Counted from the first letter of the stretch, positions 36,892 to 45,981 are shown. The stretch: DNA of 47,759 bases from Chloroflexota bacterium (GCA_027298025.1 JAPUGV010000277.1:1-47759), one strand, 5' to 3'. Notes: generated from the letters alone by a model not told the origin. Numbers and translations: made by a program.

Positions 36892-39119
36892 CGCCTGATC
36901 CAGATCGATGCCAACACGATCAGTCCGATGAGGGTGACGAGCGCTCCCGCCCGCAGCGAGTTGGGGCGGAAGGCAAACTCCACTTCGTGCTCCCCGGACG
37001 ACAGTTCAACCGCGCGCAGCAGCCCCGCGTACGTCTCGAGGGGGGCCGTCGCACCGTCGATCGTCGCCTCCCACCCTGGATACGCGATTTCACTAACAAC
37101 GAGCGTCCCCGGTCCCATAGCTCGCATTGCGATTCGATTGGGGGTCCGCTCCACCACCTCTACCGGTCCCCCGCCATCGATCCAGGCACGCGGCCTGGCA
37201 TGAGGATTGCGGTAGTAGTAGCGCCCCTGCTCCATTCTTTCAAACTCGAGATCGGGGTGCTCAATCGGATATGCCGAGACGATCTGGGAGATAGCGAGGT
37301 CTCCCATTAAGACCAGATCTGGCTTGAAGGCCCATTTGGCCCCAGGATCCACGAATGGTGGCAGAGTCACCGAATATTCGTCTTCACTGAATCCGGTGGC
37401 CCGTGACATATAGGCCGAGTAGGAGGCAAGCTGCAGAGGATTGATTCCATCCGCCAATTCGAGCCCCGCGGCGGCGGCAGCGGGCTGAGGCAGGCTGTAA
37501 GAGGGCGAAAACGCGCGTGGGTTGCCCGATTCCGGTCCCGCCTTTACACGTTCTAGATCCGGAGCAGGGCGTACTTCAATGGTAGTTAGATTCACCAGGC
37601 TGAGGTCGAGGACGATCAGCAGGCACCATCCCACGATTGACCCTAGCGACCGCTTACGTATGGAATTCCCGGTCCAGATGGCTGCCAATCCGATCAGCGC
37701 GGCAGATACGAAAAAGGCCGCCGACCGCAGTGCTGCCAGATTGCGCAGCAAGAGGCTGAGGCCCAGCACCAGAGATATGCCCGCGAGTGCCCCACCGATG
37801 ACGCGAAGCTGTCTGAGGTTTGCCCGTCCCTTGAGCATCTGATCCAATCCCATGCCGGCCAGCATGGCCAGCGCAAATGAAGAGAGGAACAAGCTACGGG
37901 GAGGTACGCGCAGTTTGCCAAACCCGGGCACGAGCGCAGATAGAAGCCCGTAGATCGGTGTGAGGTCGCCAAGAGCGACAATGAGCGAGAAGATAACAAC
38001 TCCTACCCAGAACCACCGTCCCGGCGCACGGCTCGGCAGTGTCGTCACGGCAAGGAAGAGCACCACGACCCCTGCATATATCTGCCATTCCGGCCAGCCT
38101 GCGTACTCGGGAGCCAACGCGTTCAGTAGATATTTGGGAGGCAGGCGGAGTGCCGTCGATTGAGCTAGAGAAAGGTTCGCGCGAGTACTGAGCGATACAA
38201 ACTCACCCAACGGTACGGCCAATATCGCCGCAACGGCCAGAGACATTAGCCCGGCGATGATGAGGGCCGAGGCCGCTCGGGTCCAACTCGCTCCCTCACC
38301 GCCGATATTGCCGACCTTACGAGGGGCTTCTCCTAGCGCTTGCGATTGCTGTGCGCCTGAATCTCCGTTTTCTGCGGAGCCGATTTTCCCCTGGCGATTT
38401 TTGATCATGAGTTGCGACGGTCTGAGATCTTGTGGTGCGGCTTCATCCGCATTTTGCTCCGTAGATCTTATTTGGCTATGCGCAAAACGCCACACAGCAA
38501 ATGCCCCCGCTAGCAGCGCCGATGGCAAGTACCAACGCGGATCGATTAGAAATACCATGCCCAGCGCGCCCCCTGCGAGCGCCGCAGATGCGAGGCGCCT
38601 CCCATTCAATTCGCGAACCGCCTTCTCAAAGGCGAGCAACACCCAGGGAGTCCAGTAGACGGCAAAGACCAGCGAAACGTGTCCGAGCCCAAAGTGCCCG
38701 ATCAGCTTTGGCATTCCCGCAAACGCCAAGCCCGCCACGATGGCCGGGCCCGACCGGATCCCGAGGGTTTGCCCAAGCTTCCACATGCCCAACCCGCCCC
38801 AGGCTATATGGAGCCAGGCCAGCAAATTGAATGCCACACCGGGATTTAGCACGATTGCCAGCCAGTTCGGCGGGTAATATAGCCCAGAAAGTGGATCGGC
38901 CGCGAACGGGGCGCCCGAGAGGATCATCGGATTCCAAAGGGGTACTTGCCCCCACTCAATCAGCGAACGCTGCACAAAGCTCGCATTCGGCCAATGAGAA
39001 ATCAGGAGATCCGAATATGCGCCCCCTCGCCAAAAAAGCACCCCCATCGGATCGCTGATTAGGGGCGCAAGCCATAACATGCCAGATAGCACAAAAATTA
39101 AAACGATGGCAGCGGTCAA
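36888..39119 (-). CDS. YfhO-family GT-C membrane glycosyltransferase (copy B1)
   Basis: SD in first loop, PLWNP..GAP..YPPNW, RVPPR and C-terminal YPGW...GEHEVEFAFRP; TTGA overlaps at both ends. Confidence 0.8.
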   Translation of the reverse strand: MTAAIVLIFVLSGMLWLAPLISDPMGVLFWRGGAYSDLLISHWPNASFVQRSLIEWGQVPLWNPMILSGAPFAADPLSGLYYPPNWLAIVLNPGVAFNLLAWLHIAWGGLGMWKLGQTLGIRSGPAIVAGLAFAGMPKLIGHFGLGHVSLVFAVYWTPWVLLAFEKAVRELNGRRLASAALAGGALGMVFLIDPRWYLPSALLAGAFAVWRFAHSQIRSTEQNADEAAPQDLRPSQLMIKNRQGKIGSAENGDSGAQQSQALGEAPRKVGNIGGEGASWTRAASALIIAGLMSLAVAAILAVPLGEFVSLSTRANLSLAQSTALRLPPKYLLNALAPEYAGWPEWQIYAGVVVLFLAVTTLPSRAPGRWFWVGVVIFSLIVALGDLTPIYGLLSALVPGFGKLRVPPRSLFLSSFALAMLAGMGLDQMLKGRANLRQLRVIGGALAGISLVLGLSLLLRNLAALRSAAFFVSAALIGLAAIWTGNSIRKRSLGSIVGWCLLIVLDLSLVNLTTIEVRPAPDLERVKAGPESGNPRAFSPSYSLPQPAAAAAGLELADGINPLQLASYSAYMSRATGFSEDEYSVTLPPFVDPGAKWAFKPDLVLMGDLAISQIVSAYPIEHPDLEFERMEQGRYYYRNPHARPRAWIDGGGPVEVVERTPNRIAMRAMGPGTLVVSEIAYPGWEATIDGATAPLETYAGLLRAVELSSGEHEVEFAFRPNSLRAGALVTLIGLIVLASIWIRR

Positions 39120-40669
39120 CGCTCCGGTACCTTATACAAGTCGGAGTCACCTTCCCGATGGGCAAATTCGGCTAGCGAGAGCCAAGAAGGAATCCCCAGC
39201 TTCTTCTCTTCTTCACCATAAAAGGCGTATTCGACGCCAGCCGCCCGAAGAGCCTGAAGCCCCAACACCGGATCCCCGTCCCAATTCCACAGTTCTCGAA
39301 CTAGCGCCTTTTGGGCATCTGAATGGGGGGTTTCAAATGGATGGCCATAAAGCACACGGACATCGCTATAGGCCGGCAATCGGTTGCCGGATTCGAGGCC
39401 GGCGAGGATCAGCGGATCTTCGGAGATGTTAAGTCCGATCCATTCGAGCAATGCCTGATCGCTCTCCGACATCACGACGCCTGCCTCTCCGCGCGAAACC
39501 GCAACTAATCCCGATCCGATGACGACCAGGTGAGAGGGTACGGAAAGCGCGATGGTTGCAGCCATCAACAGCGCAAACCTCCGACGGGTGGAAGCAATGG
39601 CATCTAGCCCGACGCCCGCCAGCGCCGCGAGGGGAATGAAGAGGCCGAGCGTCAGCCGACGCTGAAGGGAAACCGGCAAGTAGAGCATGAAAAATCCCAA
39701 GATGGCCCATGTGATCAGCAAGCGCCCGGAGGACCGACCGCGGGCATTTCCCAACAGCATTCCCACGACCGCTAATATCAGCACCAGGCCATATCCAAGT
39801 AGAACTTCCATGATGCCTGGTGTTGGCGTCAGATTTTGCGCATTCCAGGCGAATAAGACGGGATGCCGACGGATCACGCCCAACGTGTACACGAGCATCG
39901 GGAGGGCTCCAGCCAAAAATGCCGTCATCCCTACCACCCAGCTCCTTAGCTGCACGGCCTGCGTCCCGTGCAGGCGCTCGACCACCAGCCAGACGCCGAG
40001 CACAATTCCGATCGCGGCCACTGTGAATGGTTGAAGCAACGCCAATAGCAGCCCGCCGAGGAAGAGCACGGCTTGACGCGCATCCGGCAGAATCTTGGGG
40101 AACAGGATCAACGTTACGGAGGTTATCAAAGCCGCAGTCGCCAGCGGAAAGTGCGCATTGGCATAGGCTGAGAGGAACGGAATCGCCTCTGGAACCCACA
40201 GATCAATCGGAAGCAACCCCATGAGCAGGGCGATGCCACCCACTCCAGACCCAAATAGGGTGAGCACAAATGCAGCCCACTTAGCCCTCGGCGTCGGAAG
40301 CGTACGTACAAAGAAGAAATAGCTGCTTCCTAGCATTGCCAATGCGCCGAGCACACGCGCGGCATGGTAGGTCAGGATTTGCGGCAGCCCGATAACGCTG
40401 CTGATTCCGCCAAGGATCAGCTGGTATACAAAGAGCAAGACCCCCGGTCCCGGCTCGGGTGCATATGGAAGCCGAATCTCGAAAACGAGATCGGCCCCCT
40501 GCCGCATTTTGGCGAGATAGCTGAAGCCGTCAACAGGATTGATCAGGAATCCACTGAAAGTCGATCCCGTTTCGAGAAGCACGGGTGCGACCAAAAATGG
40601 AAGGGAGGTAAGCACGACAGCCAGCAGTGCCAGGCCGGCTGCCCAGCGCAGCTCGTGATTATGAAGCAC
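39116..40669 (-). CDS. uncharacterised polytopic membrane protein, GT-C-like (copy A1)
   Basis: DGFSYLAKM, PE, QRR, GHPFET and YAFYGEEE; clear paralog of 35344-36891; start at GTG 40669. Confidence 0.65.
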   Translation of the reverse strand: MLHNHELRWAAGLALLAVVLTSLPFLVAPVLLETGSTFSGFLINPVDGFSYLAKMRQGADLVFEIRLPYAPEPGPGVLLFVYQLILGGISSVIGLPQILTYHAARVLGALAMLGSSYFFFVRTLPTPRAKWAAFVLTLFGSGVGGIALLMGLLPIDLWVPEAIPFLSAYANAHFPLATAALITSVTLILFPKILPDARQAVLFLGGLLLALLQPFTVAAIGIVLGVWLVVERLHGTQAVQLRSWVVGMTAFLAGALPMLVYTLGVIRRHPVLFAWNAQNLTPTPGIMEVLLGYGLVLILAVVGMLLGNARGRSSGRLLITWAILGFFMLYLPVSLQRRLTLGLFIPLAALAGVGLDAIASTRRRFALLMAATIALSVPSHLVVIGSGLVAVSRGEAGVVMSESDQALLEWIGLNISEDPLILAGLESGNRLPAYSDVRVLYGHPFETPHSDAQKALVRELWNWDGDPVLGLQALRAAGVEYAFYGEEEKKLGIPSWLSLAEFAHREGDSDLYKVPER

Positions 40670-40676
40670 GGCCGAG

Positions 40677-40682
40677 ATTTTA
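40677..40682 (-). promoter_or_regulatory. -10 TAAAAT, leaderless start of the GT-C operon
   Basis: 7 nt between the hexamer and GTG 40669. Confidence 0.5.
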
Positions 40683-40706
40683 CGCCGGTATCGGCCACCC
40701 CGCCAT

Positions 40707-40736
40707 TTGCCCCGCAAACCTCCCCACATTTATAAT
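40707..40736 (+). promoter_or_regulatory. promoter TTGCCC-N18-TATAAT, leaderless zinc-ribbon gene
   Basis: TATAAT at 40731-40736, 6 nt before ATG 40743. Confidence 0.65.
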
Positions 40737-40742
40737 CCATTC

Positions 40743-41444
40743 ATGAGTCGCGCCTCTGGCTTGTACCGCCTCCAGGAAATTGATCTCGAGAATGATAGGC
40801 TAAAAGGGCGGCTTGAAGAAATTCGAATTACCCTCGATGATTCAGCTGAAATCACACAGCTTAGAGCCGATCTGGCTGCCAAGGAATCGGCATTGGCCAC
40901 CGTCCAGGCGGCATCCACGCGAGCCGAAAACGAGGTGGAAGATCAGCGGCTCAAAATCCAGAACACTGAGCAGGCCCTCTATGGGGGAAGCGTCAAACAT
41001 CCTAAGGAACTCGAGGATCTTGAAATGGAGTCGGAGTCGCTGAAGCGCCATCAAGACACGCTCGAGGATCGCTACCTGGAGGTCATGCTGGAGCAAGATG
41101 AAGCAGAAGGCAAGCTGACCCAAAGCTCGGCCTCCTTGGAGGTCGCTGAATCCGGTCAGGCGAGCCAGCACGTGGAGTTGGTCACCGAACGAGAGAGTAT
41201 TGATAATCGTCTGGCCAACCTGGAGGCCGAACGAGAAGTAGCATTAGCAAGCGTCTCTAAGCAGGATCAAGACGCCTATGAAGGATTGCGAACTCGCCTG
41301 CGTGGCGTAGCGGTAATCGTGCTGAACGGGGACAGCTGCGGCGCATGCGGGTTGACGCTATCCGCCTCTTCCCGACAACTGGTAGGCAGCGGTGACGAGC
41401 TCATACGCTGCACCCAGTGTGGTCGAATCCTGTACGGAGGTTAG
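40743..41444 (+). CDS. coiled-coil plus C4 zinc-ribbon protein (DUF164/CT398-like)
   Basis: LQEID start, long coiled coil, CGAC and CTQCGRIL. Confidence 0.85.
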   Translation: MSRASGLYRLQEIDLENDRLKGRLEEIRITLDDSAEITQLRADLAAKESALATVQAASTRAENEVEDQRLKIQNTEQALYGGSVKHPKELEDLEMESESLKRHQDTLEDRYLEVMLEQDEAEGKLTQSSASLEVAESGQASQHVELVTERESIDNRLANLEAEREVALASVSKQDQDAYEGLRTRLRGVAVIVLNGDSCGACGLTLSASSRQLVGSGDELIRCTQCGRILYGG

Positions 41445-41446
41445 CG

Positions 41447-43852
41447 ATTTTCGGACCCTTCGGACCTTTCGGAATACGGTTTGACATCGAAGAATTTATC
41501 GGCGGCCTAGTAGCCGGAATTCTCGTCGGTCTGCTCTTGGCCAGGCTCAAGCCGGCCTTTGTCTGGGTGATCGCAAGGATCAGAGAGCAGCTAAATTCCC
41601 TGCGGTCAGGGCTCACGGGCCGGGCCATTGACCGCTACCAGGTCGAACTTATTTCCCGCGCAGAAACTATGCACCTAGCTCGGGCTATTCTGGCGCTGGA
41701 TGAGATCCTCATTCCACCACGCGTGCTGGTCCCGCCCGCTCCATCCGATCCATCGAGCGATAACGATGTCCCACAGGACACACTTGGGGTTTTGCCGAAT
41801 CTTCCAGATTTCACCTACTTGTCCGGCGTATATGTGGCGCACACGCTTTCGCTCGGTGAGGCGCTGAGCAACGGCGCGGATCTGATACTCACGGGCGATC
41901 CGGGCAGTGGCCGATCCACGGCTCTGGCTTATCTGGCTATCCGGCTTGCGAACCGCGATGCGGCACTTGGCGAGCTCACGGGCAAGGTCCCCATTCTAGT
42001 ACATGCCGCAGACCTGCCGCTCGAGGGTCGCCAGGCTGCAATTGGACCGGTGATCGATGCCGCTCAACGGACCGTATCGCCGAGTGTGGCGGCCATGCTG
42101 CCCAGCTATATTCAAAAGCACTTTGAAAGCGGAAACGCACTCCTGCTCCTAGATGGGTTGGATGAGATCCCCTCCGAGGATCTCCCAGAAATTTCGACCT
42201 GGCTGAAGGAACTGCGCGCTCTGCATCAGGACCTTCGAATCGTAGCCGCGGGCCCGACGGATATGCTCGACGGACTGACGCAGGCAGGCCTGACTCCAGT
42301 TCCGATTGCCCCCTGGACGGAACGTATGCAGCGCGAGTTTTTTTCCAGGTGGGGTCGATCCTGGAACGAGCATGTCGTTCCGAACCAGCCGAAGAGTCGC
42401 ATCTCGGACATTGACCCGGCCTTGATAAATGGTTGGCTGGCCGGGACCACGCGCGGCCGAACTCCGGCTGAGATTACGCTTCGAGTTTGGGCAGCATACG
42501 CCGGCGATATTCGAGGTCAGCGAGCTGTGGACGATGCGGAATCCTACGCCGCGCGCGTGCTCTCTCCCGAGGAGCAGCGGCATGTCGAGGAAGTGGCCTT
42601 GGCTTGGCTGAAAGCCGGCAAAGCTGCCATCCCCGAGCGCGCCCTCCCAAAGGGGATTCCAATCCCAAGTTTGGTCGAAGCCGGGATTCTGGTTCGCAGA
42701 TCCGGGGGCCTCATTTCATTCTTCCAGCCCGGAATTGGCGCCTACTTTGGAGCGCGAGCCATGGCTCAGGGTGAGCTGTCGGAAAGCGTTGAGAGCGCCA
42801 GGTGGGAACCGGCGTCCAAGGCCCTGCACTACTATGCCGTACTCGGTGATCCCGAGGCGGCTGTCACGCGGGCCTTGAATTCCAATGGTGAGCCATTGGA
42901 GACGGGTCTGCTCAAGAGTGCCCGCTGGCTTCCTGATTCTTCGAGCAAGGCCGAGTGGCGAGGCAAGCTGCTCCGCGAAGTGGCAAAGATGGTTCAGGAC
43001 GCCGCCAAACCGTACGGCCTACGTCTGCGTGGGGTACATTCGCTTGCCAAGGCCGAGGAGGCATCGGTCAATATACTGTTCACACGAATGCTGAAATCAC
43101 CGGCAACCTCTAGCCGTGTCCTGGCGTGCCTGGGCCTTGGGGGTATGGCAGATGAGGATTCAGCGGAAGGCCTGGTCACGATCGCCCAGGGAGATTCGGA
43201 GCCTCTTGTGAGGCAGGCCGCATGCCTGGCGTTAGGGGCGATCGGCAACGATGCCGCGTTAGAAGGCCTGGGACAAGCGCTTTTGGGCGGGGACGAACAG
43301 CTCCGACTGGCGGCGGCGGAAGCGCTCGCGGTGCACCCAGATGAAGGCTACGGCATGTTGCGGGAGGCTGCGGAGCACGAGGAAATCATGACCCGTCGTG
43401 CAGCTGCATTTGGCCTGGCCAGGATTCAAGACGAGTGGGCGATCGAAATATTAGAGAGAGTCAAGGTGGATGACGAAGAGTGGATCGTACGCGGTGCGGC
43501 GGCCGAAGCCCTCGATCGTAGGCTCAAACCTCCCTGGAAGATCTATGCGCCTCCAAATGAGCCGGCAGAGCTGCCCTGGGTAATCGCATATGCGGCCAAA
43601 GAGGGCCTAGGAGTTGCACCGGGCAAAGCGTCTACTGAGATGTTGCGACGTGCATTGAGCAATGGATCGTTTGATGAGAAGGTCGCTGCACTGGAGGTGC
43701 TCGGCTGGGGCGCAGGCGAGGAGCTGACGCTCGAGCTTTACAAAGCACTCGAGTCGGGCGATGACCACCTGCGAGACATAGCGTTTGAATCGCTCTGGCG
43801 CTTGTCTACGACGGGGGTCCGCTTGCCCGACCCGCTGAAATTCGGCCTCTAA
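41447..43852 (+). CDS. TM-anchored NACHT-like NTPase with C-terminal HEAT repeats
   Basis: N-terminal TM helix, GDPGSGRST, LLLLDGLDE and HEAT units (VRQAACLALG, LRLAAAEAL, TRRAAAFGL, VRGAAAEAL); start ATT 41447 or GTG 41417. Confidence 0.75.
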   Translation: MFGPFGPFGIRFDIEEFIGGLVAGILVGLLLARLKPAFVWVIARIREQLNSLRSGLTGRAIDRYQVELISRAETMHLARAILALDEILIPPRVLVPPAPSDPSSDNDVPQDTLGVLPNLPDFTYLSGVYVAHTLSLGEALSNGADLILTGDPGSGRSTALAYLAIRLANRDAALGELTGKVPILVHAADLPLEGRQAAIGPVIDAAQRTVSPSVAAMLPSYIQKHFESGNALLLLDGLDEIPSEDLPEISTWLKELRALHQDLRIVAAGPTDMLDGLTQAGLTPVPIAPWTERMQREFFSRWGRSWNEHVVPNQPKSRISDIDPALINGWLAGTTRGRTPAEITLRVWAAYAGDIRGQRAVDDAESYAARVLSPEEQRHVEEVALAWLKAGKAAIPERALPKGIPIPSLVEAGILVRRSGGLISFFQPGIGAYFGARAMAQGELSESVESARWEPASKALHYYAVLGDPEAAVTRALNSNGEPLETGLLKSARWLPDSSSKAEWRGKLLREVAKMVQDAAKPYGLRLRGVHSLAKAEEASVNILFTRMLKSPATSSRVLACLGLGGMADEDSAEGLVTIAQGDSEPLVRQAACLALGAIGNDAALEGLGQALLGGDEQLRLAAAEALAVHPDEGYGMLREAAEHEEIMTRRAAAFGLARIQDEWAIEILERVKVDDEEWIVRGAAAEALDRRLKPPWKIYAPPNEPAELPWVIAYAAKEGLGVAPGKASTEMLRRALSNGSFDEKVAALEVLGWGAGEELTLELYKALESGDDHLRDIAFESLWRLSTTGVRLPDPLKFGL
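41450..41473 (+). repeat. 9-bp tandem repeat TTCGGACCY, about 2.7 units (FGP-FGP-FG)
   Basis: TTCGGACCC TTCGGACCT TTCGGA read directly. Confidence 0.8.
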
Positions 43853-43855
43853 ATT

Positions 43856-44164
43856 CTAGGTATCCAGGTAGCCCTGGATCCGCCTCTCAACCTCTGCAGC
43901 AGTCATGTCCTCGACCGCCACAATCTTATCCAGCCCCTTGTGGCCGGCTACAATTTCGATCCGATTCTTGTGTACGCCAAGCACTTTGGATAGAAAAGCG
44001 ATCAGGGCGCGATTGGCTTTGCCCTCCACCGGCGGCTCCTGAATTCGGATCCGAACCGTTCCATCCTCCAATATCCCCCCCACTTCGCTCTTTCGGGCGC
44101 GGGGAGTGACCCGGATAGTCAGCGCCGCGCCGTGTATGCCGTTGTGAAGCCTAAATTTGCGCAT
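43856..44164 (-). CDS. DUF167/YggU family protein
   Basis: VTPRA, PPVEGKAN and IVAG..G..K motifs. Confidence 0.88.
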   Translation of the reverse strand: MRKFRLHNGIHGAALTIRVTPRARKSEVGGILEDGTVRIRIQEPPVEGKANRALIAFLSKVLGVHKNRIEIVAGHKGLDKIVAVEDMTAAEVERRIQGYLDT

Positions 44165-44421
44165 TAGAATGCCGACACCAGTATTCGCAAGACCAGGCTT
44201 TGGACGATTCTTAGCACGATGAGCAAAACAAAGGGGCTAAAATCGATCCCGCTAACGGGCGGGAGGATGCGTCGGATCGGATCGAGCATGGGCTGCACGA
44301 TCGAATCCAGGAAACTTCGAACGGGGTGGAATGGGTCAAGGACCCAGGCGACGATGACATCTGCGAGCACCACGATCGATAATATTGTGAAAACGAGACC
44401 GACTATATCAATCAGGTCCAT
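44164..44421 (-). CDS. yggT: YggT/YlmG family membrane protein
   Basis: PMLDPIRRILP..GIDFSP motif; start moved to ATG 44421. Confidence 0.9.
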   Translation of the reverse strand: MDLIDIVGLVFTILSIVVLADVIVAWVLDPFHPVRSFLDSIVQPMLDPIRRILPPVSGIDFSPFVLLIVLRIVQSLVLRILVSAF

Positions 44422-44480
44422 AGTGCCGCTAGCTTCAATTATCCCATAATTTCGAGCCGGTTCGCCGGAGGAAGCATTTC

Positions 44481-45209
44481 CTATCCGATCGCCCGGGGTC
44501 CGAATATCGCCCGGCCAATGCGCAGCAAAGTGGCTCCCTCTTCTACCGCGATTTCGTAGTCTTCCGTCATTCCCATTGAAAGCTCCGACCAATCGCCCGG
44601 AACGGCCTGTCGCAAGTAATCTCGCAGCGCTCGTAACCTCTGAAAGACTGGACGAACGCGCTCCGGTTCAATGACCCTAGGCGCCATGGTCATCAATCCT
44701 CGAACCTCCAAGTTCGGCAGTTCACAAATTCGGGTAAATTCCTCCGCAGCCTCTGGCCAGCTCGCCTCATCGGTAAGGGGCCAGCCCCATTTCGAGGCCT
44801 CACCCGATACGTTGCACTCCAGAAAGATAGGCAACCGAGTTCCCGCCTGCCCCGCCTCACGGTTCAACCGATCCGCGATCTTGGAACGATCCACAGAATG
44901 CACGGCGTCAAAGACCTGAACCACCGTTCTTGCTTTGCGGCTTTGTATGTGTCCGACCATGTGCCATTCTAAATCGGCAAGGTCATCAGCGTTCGCCCGT
45001 TTGGGAAGGGCCTCCTCGACCCGATTTTCTCCAATCAGCCTGATTCCCGCTTCGTGGGCTGCCCGCACGAACTCCTGTGGGTGTGACTTCGTTATTCCCA
45101 CGATTCGGATTGCATGGGCATCACGACCCGCCCGATCTGCCGCGACGTGGATCCGCTCCTGAACTTCGTTCAATCGTTCTTGTACCTGAATTTCAGCTAC
45201 GGATGGCAA
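44481..45209 (-). CDS. yggS: PLP homeostasis protein YggS/YlmE
   Basis: ITK, GENRVEE, WHMVGHIQSRK, GLMTM, LSMGM and RIGRAIFG; start at TTG 45209 behind GGAG. Confidence 0.93.
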   Translation of the reverse strand: MPSVAEIQVQERLNEVQERIHVAADRAGRDAHAIRIVGITKSHPQEFVRAAHEAGIRLIGENRVEEALPKRANADDLADLEWHMVGHIQSRKARTVVQVFDAVHSVDRSKIADRLNREAGQAGTRLPIFLECNVSGEASKWGWPLTDEASWPEAAEEFTRICELPNLEVRGLMTMAPRVIEPERVRPVFQRLRALRDYLRQAVPGDWSELSMGMTEDYEIAVEEGATLLRIGRAIFGPRAIG

Positions 45210-45975
45210 GGTGTGCTCCAAAGCGTCCGGTGTTGCCGTTCTCTCCGCGATGTGAGTACCAGTCTTGCAGGTTACATGCCGTGCAAATCCCAGATATTTC
45301 AATCGAGCGCACGCCCGCTGAACGCAGCTGGGCCTCATTTGCGCTCCATAAGTCTAGATGTACGGCCCCGCCAATCGAGTGCAGGTGATCGCGCGCTGAA
45401 TCGCCGACCGATTCCTCGAATTGCACAACTACGTCTTCGCCGACTGGATAGTGGTCGGGTCCGATAGAGGGCCCAATCCCTGCTACCAGATCCTCCGGCC
45501 TGCATCCATATTCTTGTTGCAGGCTTTGCGCCAGCTCAGTTGCCACCCCGCGCACGGTACCCAGCCAGCCGGCATGCGCAACTCCTGCTGCCCGCCGGCG
45601 AGGATCATAGATCATGATCGGCACACAATCTGCAAAACGCATCATGAGCGTCACGTCGGGACGGTCGGTAATGATGGCGTCACCTTTCAGGTGCCCGCCG
45701 GCGAGATTGGGTTGGTCTGTGCGAATAACCGTTGCCGAGTGTACTTGCCATACGTCGAACGCCCGACCGAGGGCTTGATCCGTTGCGCCCAGTCCGCGCG
45801 CGATGTTTTCGGTGACGCGTGCCTCGTCATCTCCGACTGTGCGACCATAATTAAGCGAGTGCCATGGCGCCGGGCTCACCCCGCCGTGCCGGGTCAAAAT
45901 TGCATGGTCTAGGTTGGGATCTGCTAGGGATTCGAACTGAAAGAAGCGAAGTCCTTCAGCTTCCCGAAACGGCAT
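45193..45975 (-). CDS. pgeF: PgeF/YfiH/YlmD family (peptidoglycan editing factor / purine nucleoside phosphorylase)
   Basis: QVHS, ADCVP, HAGW, GPSIG, CT and YSHR motifs. Confidence 0.92.
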   Translation of the reverse strand: MPFREAEGLRFFQFESLADPNLDHAILTRHGGVSPAPWHSLNYGRTVGDDEARVTENIARGLGATDQALGRAFDVWQVHSATVIRTDQPNLAGGHLKGDAIITDRPDVTLMMRFADCVPIMIYDPRRRAAGVAHAGWLGTVRGVATELAQSLQQEYGCRPEDLVAGIGPSIGPDHYPVGEDVVVQFEESVGDSARDHLHSIGGAVHLDLWSANEAQLRSAGVRSIEISGICTACNLQDWYSHRGENGNTGRFGAHLAIRS

Positions 45976-45981
45976 GCGGCG

